DNA of 63,481 nucleotides, filler included, from an uncultured Methanosarcinales archaeon (GCA_964566535.1; 4 parts of 4 records of this genome joined end to end with filler, not necessarily neighbours in it), one strand, 5' to 3'. Shown: positions 1 to 10,131, counted from the first letter of the whole stretch. Notes: generated by a model not told the origin, from the letters alone. Numbers and translations: made by a program.

Positions 1-1206
1 AATACCTTAATGGCATCAGCCCATCTTTCTGAACTCTCTGCAAGGAAAAAAGTAAAGATTTCTAGTCTAAAAATAGGAAGCTCACCTTTGTATTACCTAC
101 CAGGCCATGAATCAAAGCTTGAAGACTTCTCATCAAACCTTCACGAAAAAGAACAAAAAGCATTCGAACTATTAAAAGAAAATAAAATTCTACAAGACTC
201 AGTACAAGAACCAGTAATCAGAGCAGCATTACGCCAAATAAAAGACTTCGCAGTCCCACTACAAGTCAACTTCAAAGGCCAAGCAGAAATCTTCTGGAAA
301 TTCCACTCATTATCCTCTGAAGAAGCAGAAACAACAATTAAATCAAAAATTAATCCAACTAAAGGATCAAAAGAATCAGAGAAACAAAAAACATTACCTA
401 AAAAAGAAATCAAAAAAGAAGAAACAAAACTTTCGAGTGAAAACGAGAAAGGGTTAGGCAAGCCCAAAGATTCTCAAAGACCAGTTGAAAAAATAGAAGA
501 AGAAAAACCTTCAAGCGAAAACGAGAAAGAGTTAGCCTCCCCCACATCTTCTCAAAGGCCAGAACCACAAAAAGTCAAAGAACTCACAAAAGAAACAATC
601 CAAGAACAACTAAAAAGAGAAATCCAATTACAAAAACCTCAGGAGTTAGTTTCTCAGAAAGAAACAAAACAAGAAACACAACCAGAACCAAAACAAGAAG
701 AAGTAAAACAGGAAACTCCAAAAGTAGAATCCCAACAAGAAGTAAGACAAGAGCCACCTCCAGCTACACCCCTATCAGAAACAAAACAAGAACTCTCACA
801 AGAAAAAAAGCCTCAACAAGAAACAAACCAAGAATCAGGACCCTTAAAGAAAGAATCATTCAAGGACAAAATAAAAAGAATCATAAAACCAAAACCGGAC
901 TTATTCTTTAACCAAACAAAAGAATATTTCGAAAAGAACAACATAGAAATAATCGAAAACCAAGTTATAAGAAAGAATTCAGAAATCGATTTTGTCGTTA
1001 AAGTCCCATCACCAGTTGGCGCACTAACTTATTTCTGCAAAGCTAAAAACAAAAAAAAGATCAGCGATGGAGACTTATCCACTACATTCATCCAATCAAG
1101 GTCCAGAAACCTGCCCTCATTATTCGTTACAACAGGGGAACTAACCAAGAGAGCAAAAGACATGTTAGAAAAAGAATTTAAAGGGATGAACATAACTAAG
1201 TTATAA
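1..1206 (+). CDS. Hypothetical protein (probably 5'-truncated) with an E/K/Q/P-rich linker and a C-terminal PD-(D/E)XK-like domain
   Basis: The frame is open from base 1 (first ATG at 10). The low-complexity linker contains an imperfect 26-aa tandem repeat (SSENEK...SQRP x2, about 421-576). The C-terminus reads EIDFVVKV...YFCKAK. The stop overlaps the fen start (TAATG). Confidence 0.65.
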   Translation, partial: NTLMASAHLSELSARKKVKISSLKIGSSPLYYLPGHESKLEDFSSNLHEKEQKAFELLKENKILQDSVQEPVIRAALRQIKDFAVPLQVNFKGQAEIFWKFHSLSSEEAETTIKSKINPTKGSKESEKQKTLPKKEIKKEETKLSSENEKGLGKPKDSQRPVEKIEEEKPSSENEKELASPTSSQRPEPQKVKELTKETIQEQLKREIQLQKPQELVSQKETKQETQPEPKQEEVKQETPKVESQQEVRQEPPPATPLSETKQELSQEKKPQQETNQESGPLKKESFKDKIKRIIKPKPDLFFNQTKEYFEKNNIEIIENQVIRKNSEIDFVVKVPSPVGALTYFCKAKNKKKISDGDLSTTFIQSRSRNLPSLFVTTGELTKRAKDMLEKEFKGMNITKL

Positions 1207-2240
1207 TGGGAGTACAAATATCAGATTTAATTATAAAAAAAGAGGTTGAAATAGCAGACCTAAAAAACAAAGTTCTAGTTATTGATTCATTCAACCTCCT
1301 ATATCAATTCTTAACCACCATTAGATCAAGAGACGGCTCTTTACTGATGGACTCAAAAAATAACGTAACTTCTCACTTAATTGGACTTTTCTCAAGAACA
1401 ACTAAGTTTATGCAGCAAGGATTAAAATTAGCATTTGTATTTGACGGCAAACCACCAGAATTAAAACTTAAAGAAAGAGAAAGAAGAAAAAAGCTAAAGT
1501 TAGAAGCAGAAAAAAAGTACAAAGAAGCAGTAGAAAAAGAAGATATTGACGAGATGAAAAAGTACGCTTCAAGAACAACTAGACTTACTCCAGAAATGGT
1601 CGATGAAGCAAAAAAACTTATCCAAGCATTAGGACTACCCATCATCCAAGCACCCTCAGAAGGAGAAGCACAAGCAGCACATATGGTCAAGAATGAACAC
1701 GCATTTGCTGCAGTAAGCCAAGACTTTGACTCAATGACTTTCGGATGTCCGCTACTAGTAAGAAACCTTTCAATAGCAGGAAAAAGAAAAAAAGCAAACA
1801 AACTAGCTTACGAAACAGTAAAACCAGAAATGATTGACTTAGCCGAAAATCTAAATAGCTTAGGCATAGACCAAGAACAACTAATTGCTTTAACAATGCT
1901 AGTTGGAACTGACTTCAACCCTGGCGGAATAAAAGGTATTGGCCCTAAGAATGCAATAAAGCTAGTAAAAAAATACCCTTCAGATCTTGACTCATTATTC
2001 GAAGAAGTCAAATGGGACGATTTCTTCGACACCCCATGGTCAGAAGTGTACTATCTTTTCAAAAATATGGATGTTACTGATGACTACAAATTAGAGTGGA
2101 ACAACATCGATGAAGACCAAATCTTAAAACTACTTGTTGAAGAACATGACTTTTCACAAGAGCGAGTTTCCGCAACTCTTAAAAAGCTTGAAAAAGAATT
2201 AGGCAGTAAGAAGCAAAAAGGATTAGGAGATTTTTTTTAA
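1206..2240 (+). CDS. fen: Flap endonuclease 1
   Basis: MGV start, YQFLTTIR, FVFDGKPP, APSEGEAQAA, SQDFD, GTDFNPGGIKGIGPK, and C-terminal PIP box QKGLGDFF. Confidence 0.97.
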   Translation: MGVQISDLIIKKEVEIADLKNKVLVIDSFNLLYQFLTTIRSRDGSLLMDSKNNVTSHLIGLFSRTTKFMQQGLKLAFVFDGKPPELKLKERERRKKLKLEAEKKYKEAVEKEDIDEMKKYASRTTRLTPEMVDEAKKLIQALGLPIIQAPSEGEAQAAHMVKNEHAFAAVSQDFDSMTFGCPLLVRNLSIAGKRKKANKLAYETVKPEMIDLAENLNSLGIDQEQLIALTMLVGTDFNPGGIKGIGPKNAIKLVKKYPSDLDSLFEEVKWDDFFDTPWSEVYYLFKNMDVTDDYKLEWNNIDEDQILKLLVEEHDFSQERVSATLKKLEKELGSKKQKGLGDFF

Positions 2241-3061
2241 TGGTAACCCTAAAAGAAGCTCTAAAAGACAAATTAACAAAAGCTCAACTAGAATTAGTTC
2301 CTTCCTCTTATGATGTAGTTGGAGACATCCTAATCTTCGCAGAATTCCCAGAAGAACTAAAATCTAAAGAAAAGCTGATTGCAAACACATTAATCTCATT
2401 ACATAAACACGTTAAAGTTGTCACAAAGAAAACAAAGCAATACTCGGGAAAATACAGACTACCTAAACTAAAAGTCATAGCAGGAGAAAAAAGAAAAGAA
2501 ACAGTATACAAAGAAAATAACATCATATTAAAACTTGACGTAGAAAAAGTATACTTCTCCTCAAGATCTTCTTCAGAAAGAAAAAGAATTGCAGAGCTAG
2601 TAAAACCAAATGAATCAGTCCTAGTTTTATTCTCAGGTTGCGCCCCATACCCTTGCGTTATAGCCAAAAGTGCAAAACCAAAAGAAATCTATGGCATTGA
2701 AATAAATCCAACAGCCCACAAATACGCAAAAGAAAATATAGAACTAAACAAACTAACAAACATAAAACTATTCAAAGGAGACGTAAAAACAGTTCTCCCA
2801 AAACTAAAGAAAAAATTCGACAGAATCATAATGCCTCTACCAAAAGAAGCAGAAACCTACCTAGACTTAGCAAAAAAGCACATAAAAAAGAACGGAATCA
2901 TCCATCTCTACATCTTCCTCCACAAAGACAACATGAACAAAAAAGACATAAACAAAATACTAAAAAAATACAAATTAAAATCAAAAATCCAAAATATAGT
3001 AAAAGCAGGACAATTCTCCCCAAGAACTTACAGGGCATGTGTTGATATTAAAGTATCCTAA
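2240..3061 (+). CDS. trm5: tRNA (guanine37-N1) methyltransferase Trm5 family; PLPK motif suggests Trm5a/Taw22-like
   Basis: SYDVVGDI, ETVYKEN, LDVEKVYFS, SAM motif FSGCAPY, EINP, DRIIMPLPK. Confidence 0.85.
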   Translation: MVTLKEALKDKLTKAQLELVPSSYDVVGDILIFAEFPEELKSKEKLIANTLISLHKHVKVVTKKTKQYSGKYRLPKLKVIAGEKRKETVYKENNIILKLDVEKVYFSSRSSSERKRIAELVKPNESVLVLFSGCAPYPCVIAKSAKPKEIYGIEINPTAHKYAKENIELNKLTNIKLFKGDVKTVLPKLKKKFDRIIMPLPKEAETYLDLAKKHIKKNGIIHLYIFLHKDNMNKKDINKILKKYKLKSKIQNIVKAGQFSPRTYRACVDIKVS

Positions 3062-3103
3062 AACCAAAAACCTTTAAAATCTTCTAATTAAACCCTTTTC
3101 CTA

Positions 3104-4867
3104 ATGAAACCAAAAGACCTAAAAAAGAAATATCTAGAATTTTTCAAGAAAAAGCAACACGAAATAATAGCTTCCGCATCATTAATGCCAGAACATGATC
3201 CAACAGTATTATTCACAACAGCAGGAATGCATCCTTTAGTCCCATTCCTCATGGGCCAACCACATCCCTTAGGCAAAAGATTAGCAAACGTCCAAAAGTG
3301 CATCAGAACAGGAGATATTGATGCAGTAGGAGACGCATCACACTTAACATTCTTCGAAATGCTTGGAAACTGGTCGTTAGGAGACTACTTCAAAAAAGAA
3401 GCAATTGAATGGTCCCATGAATTCTTAACAAAAGTTCTAAAATTCAACCCAGACATTATCTCAATAACTGTTTTTGCAGGGGACAAAGACGCTCCAAAAG
3501 ATGACGAATCAGCAGATGTATGGAAATCATTAGGAATCCCAGAAGAACGTATTTACTTCCTACCAAAAGAAGACAACTGGTGGGGCCCAGCAGGAGAAAC
3601 CGGCCCTTGCGGTCCTTGCACCGAAATGTTCATAGACACAGGATTAGAAAAATGCGGAGAAAAATGCCAACCAGGCTGCGCATGCGGAAAATACTTTGAA
3701 GTTTGGAATGACGTTTTCATGGAATACAACAAAGTTGCAGAAAACCAATTCGAAAAACTAAAGCAAAAGAACGTTGACACCGGAATGGGTGTAGAAAGAA
3801 CAGCAGCAATGCTTCAAGGTAAGAAAAATGTCTACGAAATAGAAACATTCATCCCAATTATAGATAAGATAAAGGAAATCGCAAACATAACAGAAATAAC
3901 CAAAAAACAAGAAACATCAATCAGGATCATAACAGACCATGTCAGAGCAGCAACATTCATCCTAGGAGATAACTTAGCAATAGCACCCTCCAACCTAGAC
4001 CAAGGATACATCCTAAGAAGATTCATAAGAAGGTCAATAAGACACGGTAAACTCTTAGGCATAGAAAACGAGTTCCTCTCAGACTTAGCAAAGATTGTAA
4101 TCGAACTACAAAAAGACGAGTTCAACGAATTAGAAAAAAACCAAGAATTCATCTTAGCTGAACTAAAAAAAGAAGAAGAAAAATTCAGAACCTCTTTAGA
4201 AAAAGGACTAAAACAATTTGACAATTTAGCAACCAATAAAAGGATCTCTGGAAAAGAAGCATTCTTACTATTCCAATCATTTGGATTCCCAATTGAGATG
4301 ACAAAAGAATTGGCAAAAGAAAAAGGAATAACAATAGACATAGAAGGCTTCGATAAAGAATTCAAAAAACACCAAGAACTAAGCAGAGTTGGAGCAGAAA
4401 AAAAATTCAAAGGAGGGTTAGGAGATTCCTCAGTAGAAACAACAAAACTACACACCGCCACCCATTTACTTAATCAAGCCCTAAGAGAAGTCCTAGACAA
4501 AAAAGACATCTACCAAAAGGGCTCAAACATTACTGCAGAAAGATTAAGGTTCGATTTTAACTTCGACAGAAAACTAGAAAAAGACGAGTTAAAGAAAGCA
4601 GAAGACTGGGTAAACGAAAGAATAAAAGAAGAACTACCAATAAAAAAAGAAGAAATGACAATCGAGGAAGCAAAGGAAAAAGGAGCACAAGGAGTCTTTG
4701 AGCATAAATACGGAGAAAAAGTATTCGTCTATACAATCGGAGATAAATCAATTGAAATCTGCGGCGGACCTCACGTAACCTCAACAAAAGAATTAGGACA
4801 TTTCAAGATTAAAAAAGAACAATCATCTGCAGCAGGTGTCAGAAGAATCAAAGCAATTCTAGAATAA
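3104..4867 (+). CDS. alaS: Alanine--tRNA ligase, compact form lacking the C-Ala domain
   Basis: LFTTAGM, QKCIRTGD, HLTFFEMLGNWS, GPCGPCTE, VDTGMGVER; editing motifs HTATHLL and EICGGPH; the protein ends at GVRRIKA. Confidence 0.97.
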   Translation: MKPKDLKKKYLEFFKKKQHEIIASASLMPEHDPTVLFTTAGMHPLVPFLMGQPHPLGKRLANVQKCIRTGDIDAVGDASHLTFFEMLGNWSLGDYFKKEAIEWSHEFLTKVLKFNPDIISITVFAGDKDAPKDDESADVWKSLGIPEERIYFLPKEDNWWGPAGETGPCGPCTEMFIDTGLEKCGEKCQPGCACGKYFEVWNDVFMEYNKVAENQFEKLKQKNVDTGMGVERTAAMLQGKKNVYEIETFIPIIDKIKEIANITEITKKQETSIRIITDHVRAATFILGDNLAIAPSNLDQGYILRRFIRRSIRHGKLLGIENEFLSDLAKIVIELQKDEFNELEKNQEFILAELKKEEEKFRTSLEKGLKQFDNLATNKRISGKEAFLLFQSFGFPIEMTKELAKEKGITIDIEGFDKEFKKHQELSRVGAEKKFKGGLGDSSVETTKLHTATHLLNQALREVLDKKDIYQKGSNITAERLRFDFNFDRKLEKDELKKAEDWVNERIKEELPIKKEEMTIEEAKEKGAQGVFEHKYGEKVFVYTIGDKSIEICGGPHVTSTKELGHFKIKKEQSSAAGVRRIKAILE

Positions 4868-4907
4868 TTTCAAAATATTTATATACTAACTATTCTAAAT
4901 TTAGATT

Positions 4908-5465
4908 ATGAAAAGTTTAAATCGACTAACACTTGATACGAGAGCTAAAGCCGAAGAGATGAAACGGATATTCTCAACTGTTTCTAACATGTTGCCACCT
5001 AATGTCGCCAATCCAATAACTACAGATATCGACGATGTCATCAGAGAATCAAGCAACGTCTCCCATTATGAAGGTGAAGCACGAAAACGAATAAGGCTAG
5101 ATTTACAGTTTCTTAAGGCACAGCAGTCACAGGTTGAAGAAGATATATCCAAATTCTCAAAACAGCTCCAGACTAAGATTGTTGGAGTAATCCTTAATTT
5201 AGTGAGGAATAGATTACGCATCGCATTGGGAAAAGCTAGAGGCAAATTAAAAGGAGACAAAGCAGCCAAAAGTGCAGCAGTTGCCGAACTTAGAAAATGC
5301 ATGGCACTATGCAATGAAATTGCAACCATCATACATGAAGAATACCTGGGACTAGAAGGAACTATTAAACATGCAGAAGTTGCAGCAAAACTACAAGAGA
5401 AAGTAGATCTGATGCTTGAAGATGACTTACATTACTTTGGCCTGAAAGGCGAGTCTCAAGAATAA
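4908..5465 (+). CDS. Hypothetical helical/coiled-coil protein
   Basis: 185-aa ORF preceded by TATA-like TTTATATA; no recognisable motif. Confidence 0.6.
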   Translation: MKSLNRLTLDTRAKAEEMKRIFSTVSNMLPPNVANPITTDIDDVIRESSNVSHYEGEARKRIRLDLQFLKAQQSQVEEDISKFSKQLQTKIVGVILNLVRNRLRIALGKARGKLKGDKAAKSAAVAELRKCMALCNEIATIIHEEYLGLEGTIKHAEVAAKLQEKVDLMLEDDLHYFGLKGESQE

Positions 5466-5466
5466 A

Positions 5467-5691
5467 CTACTTCCCAACTTTCTTCAACCTTTTCTTCTCC
5501 AACTTCAATTTCTTCTTCTCAATCTTATAATCTCCATCTCGATGATTAACTACAGTCCCAGAATCAGCTTTCTTCCCCCTAAACAATCCTATAACCCATT
5601 TACTCAAATACCTCCCAAAATAACCTATAAAACCAGCTACAAAAACAATAAACACCCATTTCAGAATTTCATTTATTTGCACCGGAGTCAT
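5467..5691 (-). CDS. Small single-TM membrane protein with a basic tail
   Basis: Hydrophobic WVFIVFVAGFIGYFG segment and Lys-rich C-terminus; overlaps the end of the upstream gene. Confidence 0.65.
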   Translation of the reverse strand: MTPVQINEILKWVFIVFVAGFIGYFGRYLSKWVIGLFRGKKADSGTVVNHRDGDYKIEKKKLKLEKKRLKKVGK

Positions 5692-6439
5692 TTTGGAATA
5701 TCTTCTCTAAGATATCTAATGTATATAAAACCATCGCCTGTGTCTGCTGTTTCGTAGGATAGAAAGCCTCTTGTTTCTTGTGAACAGAAAAAATCCTAAC
5801 ATTATTTATCAGATGAATCTGCTGAGTCAACCCAGGATCTAATTTAACTTCCTTCTCACTCAGCTTAGCAACAACCTTCCCAAGTCCAATACCTGGACTC
5901 TTCTCTAAAATATCATGCCCTGTAACATCGAAGTACTTCCTATGCAGCCCAACCTCCAACAACCTACCACATAATATCGCACAACTCCTATAACATTCAG
6001 AATTAAAACACCTCCCTAATTCAGCTAAATCAGCATTAATCTCATCCCTAACTTCATCAGGAACCACTCCTTCCAACTTAAACTTCTCTCCGCTCTCAAC
6101 AATCTTAAATGAAGAACTCAAACCAGAAATCTTCTCTAAAACTTCACCCATCCCCTCTAACTTCTCAGAATTATACTTCTCTTCCAATTCCTTCAACAAC
6201 ACATTTATCTTAGCAACCTCTCCTTGATTCTCCTCACCCAATTTACTCAAGCTAAATGACTTAGCCTTAAGATCCTTAAAAGCCCCATGATACAGCTTAA
6301 CATAATAATCTAGCTTCCTATCCTTAAAGTCATATATGGATTTATTAGCATCAATCTCTTTACTTAAATCAATATTATTCTTCAGAATATTGTCAACTGC
6401 CCCTTTAAACTTCTCCAAAGACCGCTTAAATTGCTCCAT
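5669..6439 (-). CDS. Hypothetical protein with a C-terminal DUF4145/HEPN-like domain
   Basis: VPDEVRDEINADLAE...CYRSCAILCGRLLE...RIFSVH (Rx4H) pattern. Confidence 0.6.
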   Translation of the reverse strand: MEQFKRSLEKFKGAVDNILKNNIDLSKEIDANKSIYDFKDRKLDYYVKLYHGAFKDLKAKSFSLSKLGEENQGEVAKINVLLKELEEKYNSEKLEGMGEVLEKISGLSSSFKIVESGEKFKLEGVVPDEVRDEINADLAELGRCFNSECYRSCAILCGRLLEVGLHRKYFDVTGHDILEKSPGIGLGKVVAKLSEKEVKLDPGLTQQIHLINNVRIFSVHKKQEAFYPTKQQTQAMVLYTLDILEKIFQNDSGANK

Positions 6440-6525
6440 AACCTATAGAATATAATCATTTAATAAATATTTTGTTGTATTGAAATACAACAAATTTATA
6501 AACTTCTACCAATAGTAATATCACA

Positions 6526-7269
6526 ATGAAAAAATTAAAAGAGTCACTACTAAACAAAACATTCCAATTAATTAAAGAAAACCCTTCAAAATTTCTCTAC
6601 ACTTTACTATTTGACTCACTATTCATCCTCCTAATAACTGTAATCAATAACCTATCATATATGGTTATACCTCAAGACCCAGCAGCCATACAAGCCCTCC
6701 CTCAATCTCAACTAATCTCAGTATTTGTGTTCTTCCCATTATACCTCTTACTGTCGTTAATAATCTACTCAACTTTCAAGTATTTCATATTAAACAAAAT
6801 AGTACCTCTATTCAAGAAAAAGGAAGCAGGCATGAATCATCTATCAAGATTCTACTTACTCAACTTTCTAATCTTTCTAGCATATCTTGTAATATTCATC
6901 ATCATAACAACCATTTACTCTTCAACCATAAAGCCAGAATACATGAGACTAGTCTACATACTGACAGTTATCCCGTTCACAATAATCTCATACCTTTTCC
7001 TAAACATCGCACACACAATATTCATAACAAAACCAGAAATAAAATCTACATTAATAAAATCATACAATATAACATTTAAAAAATTCAAACAGTTCATCCC
7101 AGTAATCCTAGTCTCAATATCAGTATACCTGTCATCAGTATTAATTTTCTTCATAAGCATATCTCTCTCACTACAACAAATCTATGTCCAAATAATCTCA
7201 TTAATCCTATTCTACTTAATGATAGCATTCAACAGAATTTACATCTTCAAAATCATAAACACCGAATAA
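6526..7269 (+). CDS. Multi-pass membrane protein
   Basis: About 6 hydrophobic segments; ends 1 bp before lgt. Confidence 0.75.
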   Translation: MKKLKESLLNKTFQLIKENPSKFLYTLLFDSLFILLITVINNLSYMVIPQDPAAIQALPQSQLISVFVFFPLYLLLSLIIYSTFKYFILNKIVPLFKKKEAGMNHLSRFYLLNFLIFLAYLVIFIIITTIYSSTIKPEYMRLVYILTVIPFTIISYLFLNIAHTIFITKPEIKSTLIKSYNITFKKFKQFIPVILVSISVYLSSVLIFFISISLSLQQIYVQIISLILFYLMIAFNRIYIFKIINTE

Positions 7270-7270
7270 A

Positions 7271-8041
7271 ATGTTCTATCATAACATAAACCCGACACTA
7301 ATCCACCTAGGCCCACTTCAAATTAGATACTATGGCCTAATCTTTGTAATTGGATTCATAATAGCTTATTACATGATTCCTTATCTAGCAAAAAAAAGAA
7401 ATCTAGAATTAACAAAAAACGACACAGCAGACTTAATATTCTACCTAATAATCGGAACAATTATTGGTGCAAGACTATTCTACATCCTTTTCTACAACCT
7501 TCCATTCTACCTCTCAAATCCATTATCAATCTTCGCAGTTTGGCAAGGCGGATTATCATTTCATGGAGGATTAGTGGGCTCAATAACAGCAATCTACTAT
7601 TTCTGTAAAAAGAAACAATTCAATATTCTAGGGCTATTAGACATTATTGTAATTCCCTTATCATTAGCATTAATGTTAGGTAGAATTGGCAATTTCATAA
7701 ACGCAGAGCTTGTAGGAACAATAACTTCAGTACCATGGGCAGTTAAATTCCCTGGCTACGAAGGCTTCCGCCACCCATCTCAACTATACGAATCCCTAAA
7801 AAACCTAGTAATCTTCATAACCTTATGGAACATTAAAGGCAAACACCTAAAAAAAGGAATATTATTCTCCACATTCATAATAATGTACTCAATCCTTCGT
7901 TTTGCAGTAGGATTCGTAAGAGCCCCTGACCCACAATTAGGCTACATCATCTTCAACCTAACAATGGGGCAATTACTAAATATTGTAATGTTCGCCATAG
8001 GAATCTTCTTCATCTTTAGAATTAACAAAAAAGAAGAGTAG
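7271..8041 (+). CDS. lgt: Prolipoprotein diacylglyceryl transferase
   Basis: GPLQIRYYG, IIGARLFY, WQGGLSFHGG, GRIGNFINAELVG, HPSQLYE, RFAVGFVR, TMGQLL. Confidence 0.95.
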   Translation: MFYHNINPTLIHLGPLQIRYYGLIFVIGFIIAYYMIPYLAKKRNLELTKNDTADLIFYLIIGTIIGARLFYILFYNLPFYLSNPLSIFAVWQGGLSFHGGLVGSITAIYYFCKKKQFNILGLLDIIVIPLSLALMLGRIGNFINAELVGTITSVPWAVKFPGYEGFRHPSQLYESLKNLVIFITLWNIKGKHLKKGILFSTFIIMYSILRFAVGFVRAPDPQLGYIIFNLTMGQLLNIVMFAIGIFFIFRINKKEE

Positions 8042-8105
8042 TATATTCTCAATAAACTAAAAATATATAAACCATTGATATTCAATATATCACTGGGGTG
8101 CTTAA

Positions 8106-9101
8106 ATGATTAAAATTCCTTTATCTGACATTATAGAAAAAATAAAAAAAGACGCAAACGTCTCTGAAGAAGAAATTAACAAGAAGATAGAAGACAAACT
8201 AAAACAACTCTCTGGCCTTATCAGCAAGGAAGGAGCAGCCCATATCATAGCAAATGAATTAGGTGTTAAAGTTTTCGATAACGTCTCAGGAAGACTTCAA
8301 ATAAAAAATATTCTCGAAGGCATGAGGGACGTAGAAACAGTAGGCAAAGTCCAACAAATCTACGACGTAAGGGAATTCCAAACAAAAGAAGGAAAATCAG
8401 GAAAAGTAGGCTCAGTAATTGTAGGAGACGAAACAGGAACAATAAGAATTGTAATGTGGGGAGACCAATCTGATAACATAAAAAATCTAAAACCTCAAGA
8501 TATAGTAAAAGTCCAATCCGGATACGTAAGAAAAAATAACAATTTCAAAGAAATCCACCTAAATGACAGAAGCAAAGTAATAATAAATCCAGAAGGAGAA
8601 AAAATAGAAGACGTAAAACAAACAACTCCTACAAGAAGAAACATAAAAGACCTAACTGAAAATGATGAAAACGTAGAAATCTTAGGAACCATTGTACAAG
8701 TCTTCGATCCAAGATTCTTCGAGATCTGCCCAACCTGCAATAAAAGGGCAAGACCAAAAGACGACACATTCAATTGCGAACAGCACGGCCCTGTAACTCC
8801 AAAATTCTCATATGTAATGAATGTTTTCTTAGACGATGGGTCTGACAACATAAGAACTGTTCTATTCAGAAACCAAGCAGAAAAACTTTTAGAAATAACT
8901 AGCGAAGAGTTCGTTAAGTTCAAAGACGAACCAGACAAATTCGAAGAAGTAAAAACAAAACTCTTAGGGGAACAAATAAAACTCAGGGGAAGAATAAACA
9001 AAAACGATATGTTCGACAGATTAGAATTTATCGCTCAATTAGTATTCCCTCACCCAGATCCTAAAGAAGAGATAGAAAGACTCCAAACAGTAAAACAGTA
9101 A
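8106..9101 (+). CDS. rpa: Replication protein A (OB-fold ssDNA-binding protein with Zn finger)
   Basis: GLISKEGAAHIIA N-terminal domain, GDETGTIRIVMW OB fold, CPTC...CEQH, LDDGSDNIR. Confidence 0.88.
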   Translation: MIKIPLSDIIEKIKKDANVSEEEINKKIEDKLKQLSGLISKEGAAHIIANELGVKVFDNVSGRLQIKNILEGMRDVETVGKVQQIYDVREFQTKEGKSGKVGSVIVGDETGTIRIVMWGDQSDNIKNLKPQDIVKVQSGYVRKNNNFKEIHLNDRSKVIINPEGEKIEDVKQTTPTRRNIKDLTENDENVEILGTIVQVFDPRFFEICPTCNKRARPKDDTFNCEQHGPVTPKFSYVMNVFLDDGSDNIRTVLFRNQAEKLLEITSEEFVKFKDEPDKFEEVKTKLLGEQIKLRGRINKNDMFDRLEFIAQLVFPHPDPKEEIERLQTVKQ

Positions 9102-9102
9102 A

Positions 9103-9564
9103 ATGATGGCCAGAACCCATTTAGCATTTGGATTTTTTTTTGGCCTATTATATATGAAATTCTTCAGCGTCAGTAACCCATTTCTCTTCATGACATTCGT
9201 CCTGCTAGGATCATTACTAACGGACATTGACCATCCACAAAGCAAAGCAGGAAGGAAAATAAAGCCAATTGCTCATCTAATCCAATGGATGTTCGGACAT
9301 CGTGGACTCTTCCACTCTATCTGGATACCCTTAATCCTATTCCTAATCTACAATTACTGGTTCAAACACATCCTCTTATTAGGAATCATCGTAGGCTACA
9401 TCTCACATTTACTAATAGATGGCATAACAATCAAAGGAATAAACTACCTAAATCCCTTCATCACATTAAGACTCCACGGCTTTGTAGAAACCAACACAGT
9501 CCTAGAAACAGTGATACTTCTAATCATAATGGTATTCAACGTTCTTTGGTTCTTTAGGTTTTAA
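9103..9564 (+). CDS. Membrane-bound metal-dependent hydrolase (YdjM family)
   Basis: RTH, LTDIDHP, GHRGLFHS, SHLLID motifs. Confidence 0.85.
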   Translation: MMARTHLAFGFFFGLLYMKFFSVSNPFLFMTFVLLGSLLTDIDHPQSKAGRKIKPIAHLIQWMFGHRGLFHSIWIPLILFLIYNYWFKHILLLGIIVGYISHLLIDGITIKGINYLNPFITLRLHGFVETNTVLETVILLIIMVFNVLWFFRF

Positions 9565-9743
9565 AATCAATCAAGTTTACCTCAAAAACCAAAACTTCCA
9601 CACGAAACCAAGGTCCATTTTTAATTATCTAATTCTCCATTATTCCACACACACAACCCCTAAAACCCCAAAATCGCTACCCACAACCCACTGGACACGG
9701 ACCCTCAAAACATATTTAAATAACCTTCACCATCTAATTAATT

Positions 9744-9831
9744 AGTTGTCAAAAGACAACTCCTCGCTTCCTGGAGCACAACAGCTCATAACTAAGGGAA
9801 GTTTGAAATAAAACGCGAAAGCAAAGAGGTG
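9744..9831 (+). promoter_or_regulatory. Candidate structured 5' leader upstream of the hypothetical-radA operon
   Basis: Downstream of TATA-like TATTTAAATA (about 9713). Pairings: AGTTGTC/GACAACT, CTTCC/GGAAG, GAGC/GCTC, GC-GAAA-GC, and CCTC complementary to the SD GAGG. Confidence 0.4.
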
Positions 9832-9837
9832 TTTGGA

Positions 9838-10131
9838 ATGGAAAAAAAAGAAGATACAGAAGGCAAAACATTGCCTGAAAAGAAGTTTAGCACAGGAGCA
9901 ATTTGTGCTACAATATGGAAAAACAACGGAACAACAAAAACAGGAGAGCCGTCAGAGTTTAGGACGATTAAGATAGAGCGACGCTACAAAGACAAAGAAG
10001 ATAACTGGCAGTCAACTAATTCTTTAAGGGTAGGAGATTTACCAAAAGCAGCTTTAGTTTTAAACAAAGCTTATGAGCACATTGTTCTAAAACAAGAGCT
10101 AGAAAGCCAAATAGAAGCAGTAGTTATGTAA
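9838..10131 (+). CDS. Conserved small hypothetical protein, possibly nucleic-acid binding
   Basis: ATIWKN...IERRYKDKEDNWQSTNSLRVGDLPKA. SD GAGGTG precedes ATG 9838 (the ORF track starts at GTG 9829). Confidence 0.7.
   Translation: MEKKEDTEGKTLPEKKFSTGAICATIWKNNGTTKTGEPSEFRTIKIERRYKDKEDNWQSTNSLRVGDLPKAALVLNKAYEHIVLKQELESQIEAVVM

Noticed and set aside
3104..4867. AlaRS as a truncated pseudogene
   Set aside because: Catalytic and editing motifs are intact; compact AlaRS lacking C-Ala is known in small-genome prokaryotes.
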